Shown here piece after piece: positions 9,047-16,213 of a stretch of DNA of 20,545 nucleotides. The stretch is taken from positions 1 to 20,545 of the forward strand of contig JAZRWA010000001.1 of NCBI GenBank assembly GCA_045599485.1, written 5' to 3'. The position numbers and the translations under genes are program-made. The stretch comes from Clostridia bacterium (GTDB lineage: Bacteria > Bacillota > Clostridia > Christensenellales > Aristaeellaceae). The notes under the pieces are model-generated. The model saw only the letters and a program-made list of their open reading frames with translations. It ran no database searches and was not told the origin of the DNA. Position 1 is the stretch's first letter; every line of letters starts with the position of its first letter.

Positions 9047-9096
9047 GCGGCACCGGATATGACAGAGCCAACCGTCGTATTCGGTGCCGCTTTTTC
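9047..9096 (+). terminator. Intercistronic stem-loop / partial terminator between the binding-protein and permease genes
   Basis: GCGGCACCG (9047-9055) pairs with CGGTGCCGC (9082-9090). The stem extends via ATATGAC/GTCGTAT (9057-9063 / 9075-9081, one G-U pair) around an 11-nt loop, and TTTTTCT follows. Confidence 0.55.
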
Positions 9097-9108
9097 TAAG
9101 GAGTCAAA

Positions 9109-9996
9109 ATGAGAAACAAACAGAGAATCATGCTGGGATATCTCTTTCTGATACCTGCATTGATCTTGTTCCTTGTATTTGTAGCCTACCCTGTTTATAA
9201 CACGATCCGCACAAGTTTTATGGCGCTTCGCATCCAGACGCTCAGTAAGGGCGGTCGATTCATCGGCTGGGACAACTATGTAAAACTGTCCAAGGATGCA
9301 ACGATGTGGCGCAGCCTGCAGTTCACGGTCCTGTTTACGGTCATCGCCGTCGCTTTGGAAACAGTCATCGGTATGGCCTGTGCGCTGATCATGAACCGCA
9401 GATTTCCGGGCAAAAATCTAATCTGTGCGATCATTCTTATTCCCTGGTGCATCCCGACCGTTGTTTCCGCCCTGATGTGGTCGTATATGTTTGCCGAAAC
9501 CTATGGCGCGATCAATCAGTTCCTTCGGATCATCGGCCTCACAGAAGCGCCTATCCACTGGATCACGGAATCCTCCAGCGCCTTTGTGGCGATCGTGATC
9601 TCGGATGTCTGGAAAACGACGCCGTACATGTCCCTCCTGCTGCTTTCCGGTCTCAAGACCGTCCCCGATGAACTGTACGAGGCCGCTTCCATCGACGGAG
9701 CCAACCCGGTGCAGAGCTTTTTCTCGATCACCTTGCCGTCCATCAAATCCGTTCTGGTGGTCGCCGTCATGTTCCGTACCATTGCCAGTTTCCGCATCTA
9801 TGATCTGATCAAGGTCCTCACCAACGGAGGCCCCGGCCAAGCCACAACAAGTCTGACCATGTATACGATGCAGCAATATTTCTCCTTCGGCAATTACGGA
9901 TACGGTGCCGCGCTGGCCGTTGTGACATTTATCGTCTCGCTGATCATCGCATTCTTCTTCTACGACGGTATGAAGTCGAAACTGGAGGTACAGTAA
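9109..9996 (+). CDS. Carbohydrate ABC transporter permease (MalF/UgpA-like)
   Basis: It has multiple hydrophobic helices and the EAA loop EAASIDGANPVQSFFSITLP. Stop is TAA. Confidence 0.9.
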   Translation: MRNKQRIMLGYLFLIPALILFLVFVAYPVYNTIRTSFMALRIQTLSKGGRFIGWDNYVKLSKDATMWRSLQFTVLFTVIAVALETVIGMACALIMNRRFPGKNLICAIILIPWCIPTVVSALMWSYMFAETYGAINQFLRIIGLTEAPIHWITESSSAFVAIVISDVWKTTPYMSLLLLSGLKTVPDELYEAASIDGANPVQSFFSITLPSIKSVLVVAVMFRTIASFRIYDLIKVLTNGGPGQATTSLTMYTMQQYFSFGNYGYGAALAVVTFIVSLIIAFFFYDGMKSKLEVQ

Positions 9997-9997
9997 A

Positions 9998-10837
9998 ATG
10001 AAAAAAACAACTGCAAGACGCATCACGTCCGCAGTCATTGTACTGTTCTTCTTCCTGTTTGCACTGATCATCCTGTTTCCGTTTTTGTGGCTCGTCCTCG
10101 GATCATTCAAATCCGTCCGTGAGCTGTTTGCCGTGCCGCTCAAATTCTGGCCGGAGCAGTGGAATTATATCAATTATATCGAAGCCTGGAACAATCAGCC
10201 TTTCGGTCGCTATATCCTCAACAGCCTGATCGTCTCGGGTTTGTCGACAGCCGTCGTGGTATTTGTCTCCTGTTTGGGCAGTTATTCCCTGGCAAGGACC
10301 CCCATCCACGGGAAAAAGCTGGTGTTGATCCTCCTGCTGACCGTATCGCTGCTTCCGCCGGTCACGCTGATCAATCCGATCTATCAGATGTTCAGCAACC
10401 TTCGTCTGCTCAACACCACCGTAGGTTTGGGGCTCGTACTGGCAGCAACCGAACTGCCGACCGCGATCTGGCTTCTGACCAGCTTTTTTCAGGCAGTGCC
10501 CTTTGAGTTGGAGGAAAGCGCCATGCTGGATGGTGCAACTGTGCTGAAAACCTTCGTTTCGATCGTGATTCCGCTGGTGACCCCGGGCATGTTCACGGTC
10601 TGCATCATGACGTTTATTACATCTTGGAACAATTACATTTTTGCGGCAGTTCTCAACCAGATGCCCGTCGCAAGAACGGTGCCTGTCGCATTGACACTGT
10701 TTGAAACAGAAAGCTATACACCATGGCATCTGATCTCCGCCGCTGCGGTCTTTGTTTCACTGCCGCTGGTCCTTATTGTCATGATCATGCAGAAACGTAT
10801 CGTTTCCGGTCTGATCACAGGCGGTGTAAAAGGATAA
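9998..10837 (+). CDS. Carbohydrate ABC transporter permease (MalG/UgpE-like)
   Basis: It starts 2 nt after the preceding stop. EAA loop is ESAMLDGATVLKTFVSIVIP. Stop is TAA. Confidence 0.9.
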   Translation: MKKTTARRITSAVIVLFFFLFALIILFPFLWLVLGSFKSVRELFAVPLKFWPEQWNYINYIEAWNNQPFGRYILNSLIVSGLSTAVVVFVSCLGSYSLARTPIHGKKLVLILLLTVSLLPPVTLINPIYQMFSNLRLLNTTVGLGLVLAATELPTAIWLLTSFFQAVPFELEESAMLDGATVLKTFVSIVIPLVTPGMFTVCIMTFITSWNNYIFAAVLNQMPVARTVPVALTLFETESYTPWHLISAAAVFVSLPLVLIVMIMQKRIVSGLITGGVKG

Positions 10838-10838
10838 A

Positions 10839-11756
10839 TCAATCCGCAGGTGAACGGAAAAACTGCTGTGCATATTCTATGAAGCAGCGCATCGCATTCG
10901 TGATGTATTTGCGATGATGATGTGCGATCGCTACCTTCATTGTCTGGTCCTCATGGCCCTCCAGAATACAGTAGACAGGCTTACGGAGCTTTGTCGGTTC
11001 GATCCATGTGGATACTTCGCCAATAAAGGCGCAGCCGATGTTGGCCGCTACCAGCAGATGGACCAAACCGGGATTGGACGTTTCCAGTGCTGTGTACATC
11101 GGGACTTCGTATTTCCGAAAGACTTCCTGTGTATATTCGCGAAGATATCCCGACGTACCGATGATAAAGGGCTCATTGCGTATAGCATCAAACGTGATGA
11201 TCGGATACGGAGCGGAATCGGCCGTCCGGACATGGGCAAGCGCGTTTGATTCCGGTGGGAGTGCCAGCAAAATCGGCTCGTGATGAATGATGTAATAGGT
11301 CAGTTTGGTGTCATTGGAGTTATAGCTGAAACCTATATCCCCTTCTCCGTTCAGCAGCAAAGTTTCGACTTCATAGGAATCGACCTCCCGGATATGAACC
11401 TGGATATCCGGATATCTGCTCATAAACCCCGGCAGCAGATAAGACAACGTAATGAAGGACTTTGCTTTTGTTACGACCAGGGTCAGCTCGTTTTTTTCAT
11501 TGGCGATCTTCATCTCACTGATGGAATTATGATACTAAAGGAGCATGTTCCGGGCGCGTGACAGAAATGCTTTGCCCGCCTCGGTGAGCGCAATGCGGTT
11601 ACCGTTTCGGATAAAGAGCTGAACACCCATCTCCCGCTCAAGATGTGACAACTGCTGACTGAGCGCAGATTGCGTGATGAACAGCCGGTCTGCCGCTTTG
11701 GTGATACTTCCACAGTCACAGATGCGGATAAAATACTCAATCTGTGTAAGATTCAT
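10839..11756 (-). CDS. LysR family transcriptional regulator, read through one in-frame TAG
   Basis: ORFs 11535-11762 (HTH: LTQIEYFIRICDCGSITKAADRLFITQSALSQQLSHLEREMG) and 10839-11513 (substrate-binding domain) share one frame and are joined by TAG at 11535-11537. AGGAG lies 8 nt before the ATG at 11754-11756. Stop is TGA at 10839-10841. Confidence 0.85.
11535..11537 (-). other. In-frame TAG codon (putative sense codon) in the LysR regulator linker
   Basis: Coding-strand context is ctc ctt TAG tat cat. It lies between the HTH domain and the effector-binding domain. Confidence 0.85.
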
Positions 11757-11778
11757 GAACAAGTCTCCTTGCAGTCAA

Positions 11779-11788
11779 TTCATATGAA
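11779..11788. promoter_or_regulatory. Perfect 10-bp palindrome in the LysR / FAD-oxidoreductase divergent intergenic region (candidate LysR box core)
   Basis: TTCATATGAA lies 23 nt upstream of the LysR start codon, inside the 86-nt divergent region. Confidence 0.3.
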
Positions 11789-11842
11789 GTGTATCAAACC
11801 TCAACGCAAAATGCAACCGAACCAAAGGAGTGAATACAAAAA

Positions 11843-13150
11843 ATGAAAACAATTAAAAGAGCAGAAAGGAATATTCCTGTCATTGCCGAAACACAGGTAC
11901 TGGTGGTCGGCAGCGGTCCCGCGGGCATTTCCGCGGCTGTCGCCGCGGCGAGAACGGGTGCCAAGACAATGCTTGCCGAAAAATACGGCTGCTTCGGCGG
12001 CGCACTTTCCGTCGGTCAGGTCGAATCGTATAACTGGTATTTCAACGACAAGACATATACTTCCTGCGGAATCAGCTCCGAGATCGAACAGCGAATGCTC
12101 GCAATGGGCGGCACGCAACACGATGACCGGGGCATCGGACATTTTCTGAATGCCGAGATCTATAAGATCATGCTGGATCGCTGGGTAGAAGAAGAAGGCA
12201 TCACGCCCCTTCTGCATGCTTTGGCTGTCGATGTGGTGAAAGACGGAGACAACGTCCGTGGTGTCATCTTCGAAAGCAAATCCGGCTGCGGCGCGGTGCT
12301 TGCAGACTGCGTGATCGACGCCACCGGTGACGGTGACGTAGCAGCCCTTGCCGGAGCGCAGTATAATATCGGCGGAACCGATGCCAGGGATGTGCTTCCG
12401 GTGACGATGGTGTTTGGTGTCAGCGGCGTGGATGTCAAAACCTTCAGAGAATATGTTGCGGCACACAAAGAAATGATCACACCGGAAACACACGGTCTTA
12501 AAAAAGTATTCCTTGATGCACAGAAAGCCGGAAAATGGCCTTACAGCCGTGAAGGCGGCGCATGGAAGACCCTCACCCCCTCCGGCGATTTCACAAGCCT
12601 CAACATCACGCGCGAATTCGGCATTGACGGTACCGACGTCTGGGATCTGACCCGTGCGGAGATCAGCGGACGCAAGCAGGCACTTCAGGCAATCGAATGC
12701 ATGCGTGAATTCGGCGCGGAAATGGGACTTGCAAATTGTACGCTTCGCTCCTTCGGCTATCAGATCGGCATCCGTGAGACCCGCCGCATCATCTGCGAAT
12801 ATAACATGACTCGCGCGGACATCATGGGCAAGGCAGAATTCGAGGATAACATCGGTGTCTATACGCGTTTCATTGACGGCGAAGTGATCTCACACGATGA
12901 CAGCCGCTTCCAGCTGCCGTATCGCATGATTCTGCCCGTAAAAATCGACAATCTGCTGGTTGCTGGACGCTGCGCCGGGTGTGAAAAAGATGCTGTGCAG
13001 ACGATCCGCATGATGGTCTGCTGTGCAGCTACCGGCCAGGCCGCCGGAACAGCAGCGGCACTCAGCGCCATGCAGGGAATCGCGCCGCGTGATCTGTCGG
13101 TCGCCTGTCTGCAGGAGAAATTGCGGGCCGACCGCATGATTCTGGAGTAA
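11843..13150 (+). CDS. FAD-dependent oxidoreductase (FAD_oxidored / GidA-like fold family)
   Basis: It has an N-terminal dinucleotide-binding motif (VLVVGSGPAGISAAVAAARTGAKTMLAEK) and a C-terminal AGRCAG motif. Stop is TAA. Confidence 0.85.
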   Translation: MKTIKRAERNIPVIAETQVLVVGSGPAGISAAVAAARTGAKTMLAEKYGCFGGALSVGQVESYNWYFNDKTYTSCGISSEIEQRMLAMGGTQHDDRGIGHFLNAEIYKIMLDRWVEEEGITPLLHALAVDVVKDGDNVRGVIFESKSGCGAVLADCVIDATGDGDVAALAGAQYNIGGTDARDVLPVTMVFGVSGVDVKTFREYVAAHKEMITPETHGLKKVFLDAQKAGKWPYSREGGAWKTLTPSGDFTSLNITREFGIDGTDVWDLTRAEISGRKQALQAIECMREFGAEMGLANCTLRSFGYQIGIRETRRIICEYNMTRADIMGKAEFEDNIGVYTRFIDGEVISHDDSRFQLPYRMILPVKIDNLLVAGRCAGCEKDAVQTIRMMVCCAATGQAAGTAAALSAMQGIAPRDLSVACLQEKLRADRMILE

Positions 13151-13192
13151 CAGAATGCAATTGCGGAATTCTGAAGAGAGAAGGTCATCACC

Positions 13193-14137
13193 ATGAAAAA
13201 AATTGTGGTTCTGGACGGATATACAGAAAACCCAGGCGATCTGAGCTGGGATCAGCTTGCAGAGCTGGGGAACTTGACGGTCTATGATCATACCCCCGCC
13301 AGCGAGATTGACGCACGCATCGGGGATGCAGAAATCGTCTATACCAACAAGACACCGCTCAACGCACAGACGCTGGAAAACCATCCAAAGATCGAATTCA
13401 TCGGTGTGCTGGCAACCGGTTATAATGTCGTGGATGTTGTGGCTGCCAAGGCTCACGGCATTGCGGTTTGCAATGTGCCGACCTACGGCACGACAGCGGT
13501 CGCTCAATATGTCTTTGCACTGCTGCTGGAAATCTGTCACCATGTAGCACACCACAGCAACGCAGTAAAGGAAGGCCGTTGGTCCAACTGCCGCGATTTC
13601 TGCTTCTGGGACTACCCACTCATTGAGTTGAAAGGCAAGACGATGGGCATTGTGGGTTACGGACGCATCGGCCGCGCCACGGCAGACATCGCCAGAGCCT
13701 TTGGTATGCGGGTGCTGGCCTATGATGTCCATGGCGAAGGTGAAGAGCTGACAACGCTGGAGAACCTTCTGGCCAACAGCGATGTCGTCTCCCTGCATTG
13801 TCCGTTGTTCAAGGAGAACACGGGCATGATCAACCGTGAGACGATCGCCGGCATGAAGGACGGCGCCATCCTGATCAACACCTCCCGTGGTCCGCTCATC
13901 AACGAGATGGACCTGCGCGAAGCACTGCTTTCCGGAAAGATCATGGCCGCGGCAGTGGATGTCCTTTCCGTTGAACCGGCCCGCATGGACAATCCGCTCA
14001 TGGACCTGCCGAATTGCATCATCACGCCGCATATCGCCTGGGCGAACAAGGAAAGCCGCCAGCGCCTCATGGATGTGGCGGTCGGCAACCTGCGCGAGTA
14101 TCTGGCAGGAAATACGATCAACAACGTAGCAAAGTAA
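13193..14137 (+). CDS. D-isomer-specific 2-hydroxyacid dehydrogenase (glycerate/hydroxypyruvate reductase-like)
   Basis: It carries the NAD-binding motif GIVGYGRIG, plus LINTSRGPLI and ITPHIAW, which is the catalytic His region of this family. Stop is TAA. Confidence 0.9.
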   Translation: MKKIVVLDGYTENPGDLSWDQLAELGNLTVYDHTPASEIDARIGDAEIVYTNKTPLNAQTLENHPKIEFIGVLATGYNVVDVVAAKAHGIAVCNVPTYGTTAVAQYVFALLLEICHHVAHHSNAVKEGRWSNCRDFCFWDYPLIELKGKTMGIVGYGRIGRATADIARAFGMRVLAYDVHGEGEELTTLENLLANSDVVSLHCPLFKENTGMINRETIAGMKDGAILINTSRGPLINEMDLREALLSGKIMAAAVDVLSVEPARMDNPLMDLPNCIITPHIAWANKESRQRLMDVAVGNLREYLAGNTINNVAK

Positions 14138-14302
14138 CCAACACCTGGCGTCATCGCCACCATATGAATCGATCAATGACCAATATGGATTGCAATTGCC
14201 GAAAATGTGCGCGCTATTAATGTCGTTCTGAAAAATCACATGGATCTACACTTCGGTACAGCAAAAACAATCAATGACGCTTCTCTCCGCTCATCAGCAA
14301 AC

Positions 14303-14325
14303 AACCACCCGCCAAGCGGGTGGTT
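14303..14325. terminator. Hairpin between the convergent dehydrogenase and CotH genes (possible bidirectional terminator)
   Basis: AACCACCCGC (14303-14312), loop CAA, then GCGGGTGGTT (14316-14325). T-rich sequence follows on the + strand, and TTGTTTG follows on the - strand. Confidence 0.45.
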
Positions 14326-14416
14326 TTCATATTGCATAACCGACCGAATATTCATTGATTCTTGCCTTGTTCCCTCTTGAATGATGATTCGTAAACGCAA
14401 CCTTCCTTTGTATCGC

Positions 14417-16117
14417 TTATTCTGTCATCCAAATCGAATCCAGATATTCCATGCGCATAGCCAAGAATGTGCGGATATATTCGATATTTGCAATAAAATC
14501 TTCTCCCGTTTGTCCCGGAAAATCAGGATTATTAAAAGTTGGCCATCTCAGAAAGTTCATGTTTGCCGCTGCGGTCAAGAAGTCGCGATATGCATCCAGT
14601 GAACGCAGACGGACATTCTATTCCGACAATCGATAGGACAGCAAAACCTCCATCAAGGGACGGTAGGTGGTCACATACGCCTCCTTAACGGCTTCTACAA
14701 ATTCCGGATGTGTATACAACTGTGCAAACCAGCATGTGTTGCGGGAATCTTTCTATGCAGCAAACAGGCCATAGGGATCGTTCAGCGTGCCATATAATGG
14801 GTCCATTTCTGCTGAACTGTATAATCCATATGCGTTATCATAATCCCAAACCGGTCCGAAAAACAACTTCTCACTGATATAATCATTATACTTGTATAAA
14901 TAATAGCTTGTGCGGTTCGCATCCAGGTTTTTACTGATTTCTTCAATTAGATACTTCCCGACAAGTGAATCCTTGTCGGCAATTTCAAAAAAGTGTTTAC
15001 CGGATTCCGGATCAATGCCGTCATCCGCCATAATTGCATTTTCAAAACGCTGCACCAACGAACTGATATAGCGCACCTGCGCCCTTGAAGCATATTCCGG
15101 CGTCTTTAACAGCACAGCCTGACCTCCCTTGGTAACGAAGCCGCTGCCGCTGTCAGTATATCGATAACTGAGTTCAAGCGTCATCAAATAGCCGCCAGTA
15201 ATATCTTCCGGATTAACGGGGATGTCGTAGTATTTAATTGTATCGGCTCGGTACTTCAAGGTACCCAGATGATCGTAGCTGCTGATTCTCTTTTTATTGA
15301 CTTTTTGGGTCTCCTATTGAAGATCGATAATGTTTACCCGTTTCTTCCCCTGCTAAACTTTTTCGGTCAGCAAATACGTTCCATAATAAATACGATTCGC
15401 ATAAACATCAACAAAGCGATAGTCCGTAGTATACTTCATATTCGCCGCCTCAGCCATATCATAGGTGATCGCATTGCGAATCATGGAATTATCACGGTAA
15501 GATGGAATAAGCAGCCATACTTTAGCAGAATCCATATCCAAAATCGGAGATTTTTCAAGCAATTTCACCTGGAACGGCGTTTTTTCCCATTTGAACGATG
15601 AATTTCCTCTTCCACGGATATACTCAAAACTGCCAGAATGGAAAACCATGCCGTCTTCATCCATCACGACCCACTATCCCGGCTCTTTATTTGTTTTCCT
15701 CACTTGCAAATAATCAAGATTGCCGCTCTTCGTACGAAAAAACACAGCACCGATATTTTGGCTTTGCAAAATATTTAATGTATATGTCTCATCTTTACAC
15801 TGAACCAGTAATTTTTCTCCGGGTACGAATGCATCCGTAACCGTATCATTTTTTATTATTTTGCCATTAATCGTAACCGACTATGCCCCTCCTGTAAGAT
15901 GCATGTGCAGTTTTGATGTGTCAAACCCGGAAGGAAGAAACAAATAATACTCACCTTGATAGCGATACCACCGAACTGCCGCGGTCGGAATGGGATCTTT
16001 TGTACTCCATGTTGGAATTGCGTCCCAAACATAGATAAAATTCAATTCTGCAGCATAACAATTCCACGAGATTAGCAAAAGTAAAACCGTTACGAAAAAA
16101 ACAATATATCGTTTCAT
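14417..16117 (-). CDS. CotH kinase family protein (secreted), read through six in-frame TAG codons
   Basis: One frame is open for 567 codons if TAG is read as sense. The standard-code fragments 15881-16117, 15353-15667 and 14753-15259 are all in this frame. It has a signal peptide (MKRYIVFFVTVLLLLISWNCYAA), the CotH hallmark YYLYKY...GPVWDYDNAYG, and AGGAG 6 nt before the ATG at 16115-16117. The true stop is TAA at 14417-14419. Confidence 0.8.
14618..14620 (-). other. In-frame TAG codon 6 in CotH
   Basis: Coding context is tcg gaa TAG aat gtc (SYRLSE[TAG]NVRLRSLDAY). The frame stays open for 66 more codons to TAA. Confidence 0.75.
14753..14755 (-). other. In-frame TAG codon 5 in CotH
   Basis: Coding context is gct gca TAG aaa gat (YGLFAA[TAG]KDSRNTCWF). 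Confidence 0.8.
15314..15316 (-). other. In-frame TAG codon 4 in CotH
   Basis: Coding context is ctt caa TAG gag acc (NIIDLQ[TAG]ETQKVN). Confidence 0.8.
15353..15355 (-). other. In-frame TAG codon 3 in CotH
   Basis: Coding context is aaa gtt TAG cag ggg (YLLTEKV[TAG]QGKKRV). Confidence 0.8.
15674..15676 (-). other. In-frame TAG codon 2 in CotH
   Basis: Coding context is ccg gga TAG tgg gtc (NKEPG[TAG]WVVMDEDG). Confidence 0.8.
15881..15883 (-). other. In-frame TAG codon 1 in CotH
   Basis: Coding context is ggg gca TAG tcg gtt (LTGGA[TAG]SVTINGK). Confidence 0.8.
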
Positions 16118-16213
16118 GCAATTCTCCTTCCGGGATGATTGAAATCAGTCCTGCACCCGTTTCACCGACCGAAGCAAAAACCATCAGCCTCCCTTCAGAA
16201 CGATCTCAAGCAT

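Noticed and set aside
7701-9071. Long antisense ORFs: 7701-9071(-), 12890-14239(-), 184-1140(-), 2343-3380(+), 1475-2434(+), 5984-6682(-), 6767-7522(-), 9418-10143(-), 10103-10729(-), 11801-12493(-), 17503-18138(+), 18352-19326(+)
   Set aside because: Each lies opposite a gene with clear family motifs. Each has a low-complexity, Arg/Gly/His-rich or otherwise atypical composition, and none has a convincing RBS. They are shadow ORFs expected in GC-rich coding DNA.
14165-14218. Small Cys-rich ORF (MNRSMTNMDCNCRKCARY) in the 3' region after the dehydrogenase gene, and a 47-codon ORF starting at 14240
   Set aside because: Neither has a Shine-Dalgarno sequence or a recognisable motif. The second one runs through the terminator hairpin. 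They are most likely a non-coding 3' UTR or spacer.
1214-16117. Interpreting the split aminotransferase, RmlD-like, LysR and CotH genes as ordinary pseudogenes
   Set aside because: Decaying genes accumulate a mix of frameshifts and all three stop codons. Here every one of the 10 interruptions is TAG, frames are never shifted, motifs are intact on both sides, RBS and signal-peptide features are intact, and TAG is never used as a terminal stop in the window.
1214-16117. Pyrrolysine (Pyl) decoding as the explanation for the in-frame TAGs
   Set aside because: Pyl is normally confined to a few methylamine methyltransferase-type genes. Here TAG sits in unrelated housekeeping-type proteins, at positions where homologues have Glu/Gln-like residues, with six in one gene. 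No pyl genes are in the window. This cannot be excluded without the full genome, so it is listed as a check under the main finding.
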